The notes: a model not told the origin generated them from the letters alone. Counted from the first letter of the stretch, positions 1 through 8,769 are shown. The stretch: 51,051 bases of DNA from Rickettsia typhi (GCA_945874115.1 CAMCFD010000001.1:1-51051), one strand, 5' to 3'. Translations and numbers: made by a program.

Positions 1-134
1 ATTCTTCTTTTTACAACCATGATTTCTAAATAAATTTTTATAATTAATCTTATAAATAATGGCGAAAAAACATCGATAAATCAAGAACAATAGAAATTTA
101 TTAATTTCGCGCTACAATTTTATGGTTTTTAAAA

Positions 135-1457
135 TCACATTCTTGCAAAAATATCAAGAAAGGTCGGAAAAGATGTCGCAATCATTTGACAATCGTCGAT
201 TTCAAGGCCATTTTCAAGGCTTAAGCCCATTATGAAAAATGACATTGCGATGCGATGATCCATTGCGGTTGTGATTTTTACGAGATTTTTTGGCTGATGA
301 ATTCCACCTTCAACTTCTAAAAAATCATCGCCCATTTTAAGCTTGACGCCGCAATTTTCTAGGTTTTGTGCGATCATCAACAAACGATTGCTTTCTTTAA
401 CTTTCAACTCGGCAAGGCCACACATTTTTGTTTTTCCTTTTGCGTGCGCCGCGGCAATTGATAAAATTGGATATTCGTCAATCATAGACGGAGCGCGATC
501 CGCCGGCACTTCAATTCCTTTCAAATCACTTGATTCGACTAAAATATCAGCAACTTTTTCGCCGCCAATTTCGCGCAAATTTTTAAATTCAATATTTCCG
601 CCCATCTCTTTGAGCGTAGAAATAATGCCGTCGCGCAGAGGATTTATCCCGACATTTTTTATCGTGATTTTCGAATTTTTTGTGATTAGGGCCGCAACAA
701 TAAAAAACGCCGCAGAAGAAATATCGGCAGGAACTTCGAAATTTTTGGCGCCAAATTCTTGCATTCCTTGATAAGAAATTTTCGTACCGCTTTTGCCATA
801 ATTTTCAACTCCGATTTTAAGTCCTAAATGACGCATCATAATTTCAGAATGATCGCGACATTTTTCTGGTTCGATTATCACTGTGGTTCCGCGAATATTA
901 AGGGCTGCGAGCAATATGCAGCTTTTAACTTGCGCTGACGCCACCTTCATTTCATATTCGATCGGCAACGGATTTTTCGCGCCAACAACCGCAAAAGGCA
1001 TTAGATTATTTTGGCGTGCGATTATTTTTGCACCAATTGCGGTGATCGGTTCAAAAACTCGCTTCATCGGACGTTTGCGCAGCGAAGCATCGCCCGTAAA
1101 AAATGACGTGAAGTCGTAAGAAGCCACCAATCCAGCCATAAGGCGCGATGAGGTGCCAGAATTTCCCATGTCAAAAATATCAGCACTTTCTTGAAGGCCG
1201 GCATAACCAACGCCGTTAACTTGCCAAACTCCGTCGCTGTCTCGCGAAATTTCAACACCCATTTGCCTTAGAGCCGCAGCAGTTCTAAGGACATCTTCAC
1301 CTTCAAGTAATCCTTTAATTTGAGATTTTCCATAGGCCAAAGCCGAGAAAATCAAGGCGCGATGTGATATTGATTTGTCTCCGGCAACTTCAATTTCGCC
1401 TTTCAACGCAATATCTTTCTTGATCGAAATTAGCGGTTTTTTTTCTTGATTATGCAT
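135..1457 (-). CDS. aroA: 3-phosphoshikimate 1-carboxyvinyltransferase (EPSP synthase)
   Basis: 440-aa ORF with EPSP synthase hallmarks: 'GDKSISHRALIFSALA', 'LEGEDV', 'MGNSGTSSRL', 'KESNRL', 'DHRIAMSF'. Confidence 0.92.
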   Translation of the reverse strand: MHNQEKKPLISIKKDIALKGEIEVAGDKSISHRALIFSALAYGKSQIKGLLEGEDVLRTAAALRQMGVEISRDSDGVWQVNGVGYAGLQESADIFDMGNSGTSSRLMAGLVASYDFTSFFTGDASLRKRPMKRVFEPITAIGAKIIARQNNLMPFAVVGAKNPLPIEYEMKVASAQVKSCILLAALNIRGTTVIIEPEKCRDHSEIMMRHLGLKIGVENYGKSGTKISYQGMQEFGAKNFEVPADISSAAFFIVAALITKNSKITIKNVGINPLRDGIISTLKEMGGNIEFKNLREIGGEKVADILVESSDLKGIEVPADRAPSMIDEYPILSIAAAHAKGKTKMCGLAELKVKESNRLLMIAQNLENCGVKLKMGDDFLEVEGGIHQPKNLVKITTAMDHRIAMSFFIMGLSLENGLEIDDCQMIATSFPTFLDIFARM

Positions 1458-1673
1458 TTTGTAATAAAATTTTTTAGTTGATTATAGTGAATTTAGACAA
1501 AAATTGCAACAAATAAAGTGTCGCAAAAACAGTGTATAAAATTCTCTCAATTTGCAAGTTTATGTTCGATAACAAACCTAGAGCGCCAAGCCCTGTCAAA
1601 ATTGCTTGATTAATTGCTTTATAATTGTTATTTTTTAATTATAAGAAATATTACATTAAAAATTATCGCTAAA

Positions 1674-2339
1674 ATGAGCAAAGAAGTTCTTTATAAAAAC
1701 ATAAGAAATCGTTGGAATGCCTCAGAGGTGAGCGTTAAGGGCGTTTTGGGTGGCTATGAAAATCTTCACGAAGCAGATTTAAAATCGTCGATAATGACAT
1801 TAGATTGGCTAAAAGAAACTGGGCAAATTAACGGTGGACAAGCTCTTGATTGTTGCGCCGGCATTGGTCGCGTCACCCAAAATGCTCTGCAATATTATTT
1901 TGACGAAATTGATTTATTTGACCAAGAAAAAAATTTTACTGATTATTGCGAAGAATTTTTTGCACAAAATGATAAAATCGATGAAATTCTATGCTGTTCT
2001 TTGCAGGAATATGAGTTTATAAAAAAATACGATTTAATCTGGGTTCAGTGGGGATTCGAGAATCTTGAAGATGAAGATTTGACGCAATTTTTGTTAAAAT
2101 GCAAAGATTCTCTAAAAGAAGGTGGCGTGATTATTGCGAAAGAAAATTTTACAAGTCTTGAAGATTTTTATTTGGGCGAGAACTATAAAATAAGGTCGCA
2201 ACAGCTTATCGCAGATTTTTTTGAGAACTGTGGTTTTGAAATTTTAGTTCAAGAATCGCTTGAAGATGAGTGGCCGCAAGAATTATTTCGAATTATTACT
2301 TTTGTCGCAAAACCAAAGGCGTACGAAGTCTTTTTATAA
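1674..2339 (+). CDS. Class I SAM methyltransferase of the eukaryotic protein N-terminal Xaa-Pro-Lys methyltransferase (NTM1/NTMT1, DUF858) type
   Basis: 'GVLGGY', 'ALDCCAGIGRVT', 'YDLIWVQWGFENLEDEDLTQFLLKCKDSLKEGGVIIAKEN' run colinear with my recollection of human NTMT1 (GMLGGY / ALDCGAGIGRIT / YDVIWIQW..HLTD..FL.RCK.SL.P.G.IVIKDN). I prefer the ATG at 1674; the track ORF begins at a TTG at 1614. Confidence 0.7.
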   Translation: MSKEVLYKNIRNRWNASEVSVKGVLGGYENLHEADLKSSIMTLDWLKETGQINGGQALDCCAGIGRVTQNALQYYFDEIDLFDQEKNFTDYCEEFFAQNDKIDEILCCSLQEYEFIKKYDLIWVQWGFENLEDEDLTQFLLKCKDSLKEGGVIIAKENFTSLEDFYLGENYKIRSQQLIADFFENCGFEILVQESLEDEWPQELFRIITFVAKPKAYEVFL

Positions 2340-2345
2340 TTCTGT

Positions 2346-2416
2346 TTTTCACCAATAATTAGCTTTTTAGGCCGAAATTATGAAGCGTAGAAGGTTTTAT
2401 TAGCGGAAAATGGCAT
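2346..2416. repeat. Intergenic palindromic repeat, copy A (about 85% identical to copy B at 5919..6008)
   Basis: 'ttttcaccaataattagctttttaggccgaaattatgaagcgtagaaggttttattagcggaaaatggcat' aligns with copy B apart from a 12-14-nt indel. It lies between convergent genes. Confidence 0.6.
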
Positions 2417-2438
2417 ATCATCCATCGCGCGGCAAAAA

Positions 2439-3689
2439 CTACAACTCTAAATTCAACATTTCGTCGTAAGACGGCCTTTTTCTGATGATTTTAAAATTAT
2501 CGCCATCGACTAAAATTTCAGGAATTAGCGGTCGACAATTATATTCGTTCGACATAGACGAACCATAGGCTCCGGCGGTTAGAAATATCATTAAATCTTG
2601 CGGTTTTGGGTTTATTAATTCGCGATTTTTTGCCAAAACATCGGTCGATTCGCAAATTGGCCCAACCACATCGCACTTTAGTTTTTCGCCAAATTTTTTT
2701 ACAACTGGCAAAATTTCATGATAAGAATCGTAGAGTCCGGGACGCGCCAAATCGTTCATCGCGGCGTTAATAATCACGAAATTTTTATGTTCAGTTTCTT
2801 TAATATAAATTATTTCTGCAAGCATTAAGCCAGAATTCGCAATCATCGCGCGACCGGGAGCTATCGTGATTTTCACGTTTAAATCTTTCGCAATTTTCTT
2901 GATAATTTTAGCATAATCATTCACGTCGATAATTTTTTCATCTTTGTAAGAAACGCCAATTCCACCGCCAAAATCAAGGCTTTGAATATTGTGACCATTT
3001 TTTCGGAGTTTTGTGCAAAGCTGTGAAAGCTTTAAAAACGCGGCTTCGAAAGGCTCAAGCGAAGTTATTTGTGAGCCAATATGCGTTGAAATGCCATGAA
3101 TTTCAAGACCTTCAAGCTTTGACGCTTTTGCATAAACTTCTTCGGCAAGTTCAATGTCAACACCGAATTTATCACCTTTTCGTCCAGTTGAAATTTTATC
3201 GTGAGTTTTTGCGTCAACATTTGGATTTACTCTTAGAGAAAATTTTATTTTTTTGCTCAAGCTAACAGCCACTTCGTTTAGCGCAAACATCTCACTTAAA
3301 GATTCGCAAGAAAATTCTTCAACACCTTGTTCAAGCGCAAATTTTATTTCGCTTTTTGTTTTACCGACTCCAGCAAAAACAATTTTTTTTGGGTTGATTC
3401 CTGCTTTAATAGCGCGATGAACTTCTCCGGCCGAAACCGCGTCGATTCCGCTTCCAAGGCCAGCAAGAATTTTTACAATTGACAAATTGCAATTCGCTTT
3501 TATCGCATAACAAATTTTGCAATCAATATCAGAAAATGCGTTTTTAAACTCAAGATAATTTTCCTCAATAATTTTTTTAGAATAGACATAAAAAGGTGAG
3601 CCAATTTCTTTGGCAATGCGCGTCAAAGCAACATTTTCAAGAAAAAGTTCTGAGTGATTATTTATATTTTTATAAGCCAAATATTTCAT
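2439..3689 (-). CDS. lysA: Diaminopimelate decarboxylase
   Basis: 416-aa ORF of the PLP-dependent Orn/DAP/Arg decarboxylase family: 'YAIKAN' (PLP lysine), 'GGGIGVSY', 'CESTD', 'GAYGSSMSNEYN'. The start codon abuts the murE stop codon. Confidence 0.9.
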   Translation of the reverse strand: MKYLAYKNINNHSELFLENVALTRIAKEIGSPFYVYSKKIIEENYLEFKNAFSDIDCKICYAIKANCNLSIVKILAGLGSGIDAVSAGEVHRAIKAGINPKKIVFAGVGKTKSEIKFALEQGVEEFSCESLSEMFALNEVAVSLSKKIKFSLRVNPNVDAKTHDKISTGRKGDKFGVDIELAEEVYAKASKLEGLEIHGISTHIGSQITSLEPFEAAFLKLSQLCTKLRKNGHNIQSLDFGGGIGVSYKDEKIIDVNDYAKIIKKIAKDLNVKITIAPGRAMIANSGLMLAEIIYIKETEHKNFVIINAAMNDLARPGLYDSYHEILPVVKKFGEKLKCDVVGPICESTDVLAKNRELINPKPQDLMIFLTAGAYGSSMSNEYNCRPLIPEILVDGDNFKIIRKRPSYDEMLNLEL

Positions 3690-5195
3690 TTATTTCTGAA
3701 TTAATTTATTTAAAATTTCAGCGACAATTTTTTCTTCATCAAACTCACTTTTTTTATCGCCAATAATTTGATATTTCTCGTGACCTTTGCCCGCTAGAAT
3801 TAGTATATCATTGATTTGCAGCATTTGCAACGCTTTTTCAATCGCATATTTTCGATCAGCAATTTCAACAGTTTTTGTCATGTCGCAACCCTGCAAAATT
3901 TCTTTTCTAATGACGCTCGCATCTTCATTTCGCGGATTATCGTCTGTTGCAATCACGAAATCGGCGTGGGTGCAAGCAATCTTTCCCATCAACGGCCTCT
4001 TGGTCGCATCGCGATTTCCGCCGCATCCAAAAAGAACGCCAACTCGGTGATGTTCAAGATTTTTCGCCAGCTTCAAAACATTTTCAAGCGCGTCGGGAGA
4101 GTGCGCGAAATCGATAAAAACTTGCGCGCCATTTGGCAACACAGCCACTTTTTGCATTCGTCCATCAGCAGTTTTTAGTGAAGAAAATTTCTCTAATAAT
4201 TGTGTAAATTTTTCTTCATCTAAATAATGTTTCGCCATTGTCATTCCAAGGGCGCAAAGCACATTATAAACCTGAAATTCACCAGCAACATTTAGCGTAA
4301 TTTCATGTTTTTTTCCGCCGCATTCAAACGTTGCAATTTGACAATTATTTTCTTGCTTTATTTCTATAATTTTTAAATCAGCAGCTTTAAATCCATATTC
4401 AAAAATGTGATGTTTCTTGTTTTGACACATTCTTCTTATCTTGACAAATTCAGCGCTGTCGGCGTTTAGAACTGTGGGCGAGCCATTTTTGAGGACTACT
4501 TCGAAAAGTAGCATTTTGCTAAAGAAATATTCCTCCATCGTTTTGTGATAATCAAGATGGTCTTGTGTGAAGTTTGTAAAACCCGCGACAGAAATTTGCA
4601 AACCGGCTATTCTGGCCTGTTCAAGACCAATCGAGCTTACTTCAATTGCAACATCATCAATATTATTTTCTTTCAAAATAGCCAAGTTTTTATAAAGTGA
4701 AACAATGTCTGGCGTGGTTAGCGCAGAGCTTGCCAGCTTTGACTTGATGACTTCATCACAAACAACTCCAAGTGTACCAATTGATGCCGATTTTTTGCCA
4801 AGTAGGCCTAAAATTTGTCTTATAAATTCAGCGACCGAAGTTTTTCCATTAGTGCCTGTAACTGCATAAATATTGGCGGGAAGGGGGTTGTAAAAAATCT
4901 TCAAACACTCGACAAGAAAAATAAATGGATTTTCAACTTGAATTGAAATTATATTTTTATCATCGAAAAATTCATTAGAAACGATAACCTTTGCGCCTTT
5001 TTCTATGGCGGAGGCAGCGAATTTTTTGCCATCAGAATTTTTGCCAACAAGTGCAAAAAAAATCGTGTTTTTTTCGTGATTTATTAATCGAGAATCTATT
5101 GAAATGTCTTCAATCGAAATATTTTCAAGCCCTGATATATCTTGCTTGATCGCATATTGAGTTTTTGTTTTTGCAAGAATTTCTACTAGCTTCAT
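3690..5195 (-). CDS. murE: UDP-N-acetylmuramoyl-L-alanyl-D-glutamate--2,6-diaminopimelate ligase
   Basis: 501-aa Mur ligase with P-loop 'VTGTNGKTS', 'DNPR' (the meso-DAP specificity motif of MurE) and 'ILILAGKGHE'. Confidence 0.9.
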   Translation of the reverse strand: MKLVEILAKTKTQYAIKQDISGLENISIEDISIDSRLINHEKNTIFFALVGKNSDGKKFAASAIEKGAKVIVSNEFFDDKNIISIQVENPFIFLVECLKIFYNPLPANIYAVTGTNGKTSVAEFIRQILGLLGKKSASIGTLGVVCDEVIKSKLASSALTTPDIVSLYKNLAILKENNIDDVAIEVSSIGLEQARIAGLQISVAGFTNFTQDHLDYHKTMEEYFFSKMLLFEVVLKNGSPTVLNADSAEFVKIRRMCQNKKHHIFEYGFKAADLKIIEIKQENNCQIATFECGGKKHEITLNVAGEFQVYNVLCALGMTMAKHYLDEEKFTQLLEKFSSLKTADGRMQKVAVLPNGAQVFIDFAHSPDALENVLKLAKNLEHHRVGVLFGCGGNRDATKRPLMGKIACTHADFVIATDDNPRNEDASVIRKEILQGCDMTKTVEIADRKYAIEKALQMLQINDILILAGKGHEKYQIIGDKKSEFDEEKIVAEILNKLIQK

Positions 5196-5205
5196 TTTTT
5201 ATATT

Positions 5206-5898
5206 TTAAAGAATCATGTCTATAAAAGATCGTGCCGTTTCGCGCGGCTGTTGGCTTTGCGTAATTGGTCGACCGACAACTAAATAATCTGCGCCAGCAA
5301 TCAACGCCGATTTTACGTCAGAAACGCGCTTCTGATCTTGGTGCGAACCGCCGCCAATTCTGATTCCGGGCGTTACGATCAAAAAATCATTTCCTAATTT
5401 TTTTCGCAAAAACTCAGTTTCTAAAACTGAGGCGACAACGCCATCAATGCCTGATTTTATTGATAATTCCGATTTTTTCAAGACCAAATCTTCAAGTGAT
5501 AATTCGTGCGAAAATCCCATTTCATTTAAATCACTTTTTTCAAGACAAGTTAAAACACTCACTGCCAAAATCTTCATTTTAGCCTTATTTTGCGCGGCTT
5601 CTCGCATTATTTCAGAATTTGCGGAGTGAATTGTTAAAAGATCAATTTCATATTGCGTCAAATTTTTAACTGTGCGACCGATGGTTGCGGGGATGTCGTA
5701 TAATTTTAAGTCAGCAAAAACTTTTTTGCCTTTGTTTTTGAGATAGTCTACCATCTTAAAATAATCGCCGCTCGCAAGCATTTCTAGGCCGATTTTATAA
5801 AAAATAATTTCGTCGCCAATCTCTTCAACAATTTTGCAAGACGAAGCAAAATCAGGAAAATCAAGGGCTACAATTAATTTTTCTTTTTTATTTTTCAC
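5206..5898 (-). CDS. pyrF: Orotidine-5'-phosphate decarboxylase
   Basis: 230-aa ORF with 'LIVALDF', 'DLKLYDIP', 'LLTIH', 'VVGRPI'. The apparent start is GTG. Confidence 0.88.
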   Translation of the reverse strand: MKNKKEKLIVALDFPDFASSCKIVEEIGDEIIFYKIGLEMLASGDYFKMVDYLKNKGKKVFADLKLYDIPATIGRTVKNLTQYEIDLLTIHSANSEIMREAAQNKAKMKILAVSVLTCLEKSDLNEMGFSHELSLEDLVLKKSELSIKSGIDGVVASVLETEFLRKKLGNDFLIVTPGIRIGGGSHQDQKRVSDVKSALIAGADYLVVGRPITQSQQPRETARSFIDMIL

Positions 5899-5918
5899 GA
5901 ATTTATAATTAAATTATA

Positions 5919-6008
5919 CCATTTTCACAAATAATTAGCCTTTTTTGGCAAAATAATTTTAGACAGAAATTATGAAGCATAGATGGTTAACTATTAGTGA
6001 AAATGGTA
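5919..6008. repeat. Intergenic palindromic repeat, copy B, with termini 'ccattttcac' / 'gtgaaaatgg'
   Basis: It has terminal inverted repeats and an internal 'gaaattatgaagcatagatggtt' shared with copy A. Its right end, 'aaaatggta', abuts the plsY stop codon. Confidence 0.6.
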
Positions 6009-6608
6009 TTACATCTTATTTTCTTGTCCCATGAGCATTCGCATAATATTTTCTTTGTGGCGAATGATGATTAGCGCGGTTAAAAAAGTGCAGAGAACCA
6101 CTTGACTTGTGGGTGATTCATAATGACACGATAACAATATCGAAGAAAATATTGCCAGCATCGACGCGATGGCCGAAATTCGAAACATTAAAAATGACAT
6201 GATCCAAAATACGATTACTAAGAATCCAACAGATGGGTCAAGCGCGAAAAGCACGGCGATTGCGGTTGCGACACCTTTTCCGCCTTTAAAATCGAGATAT
6301 ATTGGATATACGTGGCCAATCACGGCGATGAAAGAAACTAGGGCCAAAAATAGGTGTAAATATTTTATGTCATAAAACATGAAACGTGCAAAAATCACCA
6401 TTAACATGCCTTTTAGTGCGTCGAGCAAAAAAGTTAGAATTCCTAATTTTTTGCCGCCAACTCTCATAACATTTGTCGCGCCGATATTTCCTGAGCCTTC
6501 GCTTCTAACGTCTTTTCCTAGATATTTTTTTGTCAAAATCAAGCCAAATGGAATTGACGCAACAAAATATGTTGCAGCCAAAAAGATCAGCTGGTAAAAA
6601 TAGGTCAT
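6009..6608 (-). CDS. plsY: Glycerol-3-phosphate acyltransferase PlsY
   Basis: 199-aa polytopic membrane ORF with 'GSGNIGATNV' and 'FKGGKGVAT' PlsY motifs. It overlaps sspB by 4 nt (ATGA). Confidence 0.9.
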   Translation of the reverse strand: MTYFYQLIFLAATYFVASIPFGLILTKKYLGKDVRSEGSGNIGATNVMRVGGKKLGILTFLLDALKGMLMVIFARFMFYDIKYLHLFLALVSFIAVIGHVYPIYLDFKGGKGVATAIAVLFALDPSVGFLVIVFWIMSFLMFRISAIASMLAIFSSILLSCHYESPTSQVVLCTFLTALIIIRHKENIMRMLMGQENKM

Positions 6609-7123
6609 TCTTTAATGTCGTTGTTTTTATTCTTTCTGAAAGCATCAAGAGACACCACTTTCGCCGATAAGTCAACATTTGCTTTAACTTTTTTCTTAGA
6701 TTCGTTTTTATTGGCGTGTTTCGAGTCAAAACTTTCTTCATCACTTGGTGAATTTTCGTCATAACTGACGCTAAATTTCAAGCCAAAATTCATCGACGGA
6801 TCAGCAAACGAAGTGATCGCGCGATACGGCACAACCAATTTTTCATAGCGACCGTTAAAGCTCAGCGAAATTTTGAACATATCGTGATCAACGACAAGTC
6901 CTTTAAATTGATATTGTACGACTATTGTCATTTCTTCATCATATCTTTCTTTCAGAGTTTTTGGCACTGAAACCCCGGGAAAATTAGTTAAAAACGTCAT
7001 TATAAAATAATGTTTTCCAGGTAATCCATTTTTTTCAACCTTTTTCAAAGTCTCATAAATAACAGAGCGCATAGAATTTTCGATGATTTCATCATATCCT
7101 ATCAAATCTTGAATTTCTTGCAT
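6605..7123 (-). CDS. sspB: ClpXP adaptor SspB, alphaproteobacterial type
   Basis: 172 aa. 'YDEIIENSMRSVIYETL', 'LPGKHYFIMTF', 'EEMTIVVQYQF', 'LVVPYRAITSFADPS' match my recollection of Caulobacter SspB-alpha. An acidic/Ser linker precedes a C-terminal 'VVSLDAFRK' segment resembling a ClpX-binding (XB) tail. Confidence 0.7.
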   Translation of the reverse strand: MQEIQDLIGYDEIIENSMRSVIYETLKKVEKNGLPGKHYFIMTFLTNFPGVSVPKTLKERYDEEMTIVVQYQFKGLVVDHDMFKISLSFNGRYEKLVVPYRAITSFADPSMNFGLKFSVSYDENSPSDEESFDSKHANKNESKKKVKANVDLSAKVVSLDAFRKNKNNDIKE

Positions 7124-7177
7124 TTAAATAAATTTTTTATTGTAAAAATCAGGGTTGTTTATTCTTAAAGTCATGAA

Positions 7178-7544
7178 CCAAACTTAGTAAAATAAAGCAA
7201 ATTAAGCGTCGGTTTTTCTGTTGAAAGGAAAACCGACAAACCCCGACAAAATCACTTATGCTAAGCAGCTACTGCCACTTTAGCAAACTCGAAATTGTCA
7301 TTAGCAAAATTTTCGTTTGCGTTTATTGTTTTTGAACGGGTATCCGTAGAGCTTGCGCTCCTAAGACCGGCAGTATCTCAACCGAGTAAAATCAACCTTT
7401 TTATTATGCATGTCGAAGCTATGTCACCCCCATAAATCAGCGCCAATAGCGCCTTTTAAAATGGTGGAGGTGTCGGGTACCGCCCCCGAGTCCATGTCCA
7501 TCTATTTTAAGTTAAGTTTATCACCATAGCACCATTTCTGATGC
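7178..7544 (-). ncRNA. ssrA: tmRNA (ssrA), circularly permuted two-piece form. The acceptor piece ends in CCA at 7462. The coding piece starts at 7431. The tag ORF is 7261..7320.
   Basis: On the minus strand the T-arm and 3' acceptor strand read 'UCGGG-GGCGGUA-CCCGA-CACCUCC-A-CCA' (ending at 7462). A 30-nt spacer follows, then 'GGGGGUGACAUAGCUUCGAC' (7431 downward), which pairs with CACCUCC and includes the G3:U pair. The resume frame GCA AAC GAA AAT TTT GCT AAT GAC AAT TTC GAG TTT GCT AAA GTG GCA GTA GCT GCT TAG encodes ANENFANDNFEFAKVAVAA. The 3' segment 'UAUUUUACUAAGUUU' (7180..7194) can pair with 'AAACUUAACUUAAAAUA' of the acceptor piece. The outer ends are approximate, +/-20 nt. Confidence 0.88.
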
Positions 7545-7550
7545 ATATAT

Positions 7551-7579
7551 AATATAACAATTCCTAATTGATTTTTCAA
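7551..7579 (-). promoter_or_regulatory. Sigma-70-type promoter candidate for ssrA (TTGAAA-17 nt-TATATT)
   Basis: On the minus strand the -35 TTGAAA is at 7574..7579 and the -10 TATATT at 7551..7556, with a 17-nt spacer. This sits just upstream of the acceptor piece. Confidence 0.5.
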
Positions 7580-7824
7580 GGGTTTTGCGAAATTTTATTG
7601 AATTTCATCGATTTTTCTTTAAAATGTAGCAATTTCGGACAAATTTTTATATTTTTTTGAGAAAAATTAATTTTATTGCAGAATTTATTGGATTAATAAA
7701 AATTTAATTTTTATTAAAAAAATGATCTTATGCTTAGGAATGTTTTGTCATTTTTGCGCGAGAAAGAATCTATTTTTTTAAAGATTAGATGGCTTTCAGC
7801 CTACGCAAAAAAGACACGAGGTTG

Positions 7825-8766
7825 TTATGTTCTCGATTTGGCGCGAGAAACATCAATTTCTATTTGTTTTTTAAGTTCGTCAATTGAAGAGAATTTTTTT
7901 TCCTCTCTTATGAAATCGAGCAGCTGTGCTATAATTTTTTTTCCATAAAGTGGGCCGTAAATTTTTTCATCGAAATCAAAAAGATGGATTTCATAAATTG
8001 GCGCTAAAAAATTTCCGATCGTTGGTTTTACGCCAAAATTCATAACTCCCGAAAAGTTTTTTTGTAAAGAGGGAATAAAAACTTCAACTTTATAAACCCC
8101 GAATTTTGGTTGAATTAAATGAGGTTTTGCAGCCAAATTTAAAGTTGGAAAGCCAATTGTTCGCGCCAATTTTTTGCCATTTAAAACAACGCCTTCAATT
8201 TCGAAATTTCTTCCTAAAATTTCGCCGGCTTGATCAACTTTTCCGAGTTTTAATAATTCGCGAACTTTGGATGAAGAGCATAAAATTTCACTTTTCATAA
8301 ATGCTTCAATGCTTTGAACGCCAAAGTCTAGCGAGTTAGATTTTTGTTTTAGAAAATCAAAATTTCCTTGGCGATTTTTGCCAAAAGTAAAATCATAGCC
8401 AATAATTAATTCACGCATTTTCAGTTGCTTAATCAAAACTTTTGCAATAAAATCTTCGGGACTTATATTGGAAAAATTTTGATCGAAAGGCAGGACAAAA
8501 ACATAGTCAAAAGAATGTTGCTTCAGAGTTTTTAATTTTCGCGCAAGACTAGAAATCAGAAAATTTTGCGCCAAATCGGGTCTAAAAAATTTGATTGGAT
8601 GCGGAAAAAATGTCAAAGCGGCCGATTTTAAATTATGGCGCTTGGCCCTTTCTTTCGTAGCCTCGATAATTTTTTGGTGACCAAGATGAACGCCGTCAAA
8701 ATTGCCAATTGTAAGGGCGCAAGGGCTTATGTCATCAATGTTTTTTAAATGGCGAATTATACGCAT
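7825..8766 (-). CDS. ribF: Bifunctional riboflavin kinase / FMN adenylyltransferase
   Basis: 313 aa with 'LTIGNFDGVHLGHQ', 'ALTFFPHP', 'GFPTLN', 'GVMNFGVKPT' and 'EIHLFDF'. Confidence 0.9.
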   Translation of the reverse strand: MRIIRHLKNIDDISPCALTIGNFDGVHLGHQKIIEATKERAKRHNLKSAALTFFPHPIKFFRPDLAQNFLISSLARKLKTLKQHSFDYVFVLPFDQNFSNISPEDFIAKVLIKQLKMRELIIGYDFTFGKNRQGNFDFLKQKSNSLDFGVQSIEAFMKSEILCSSSKVRELLKLGKVDQAGEILGRNFEIEGVVLNGKKLARTIGFPTLNLAAKPHLIQPKFGVYKVEVFIPSLQKNFSGVMNFGVKPTIGNFLAPIYEIHLFDFDEKIYGPLYGKKIIAQLLDFIREEKKFSSIDELKKQIEIDVSRAKSRT

Positions 8767-8769
8767 TTT

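Noticed and set aside
343-1258. ORFs of 64-142 aa on the strand opposite to, or out of frame within, aroA. Similar shadow ORFs occur inside most long genes in the track.
   Set aside because: They lie entirely inside a confidently identified gene, have no recognisable motifs and show biased low-complexity composition typical of antisense frames. The same reasoning applies to the other nested track ORFs, for example 3011..3265, 3787..4178, 13485..14125, 14846..15308, 29040..29538, 41370..42049 and 43070..44441.
7694-7718. Perfect 12-bp palindrome 'ttaataaaaatt-t-aatttttattaa' downstream of ribF.
   Set aside because: It is composed only of A/T, so the hairpin would be very weak, and such palindromes arise readily by chance in AT-rich spacers. 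It is not called as a terminator.
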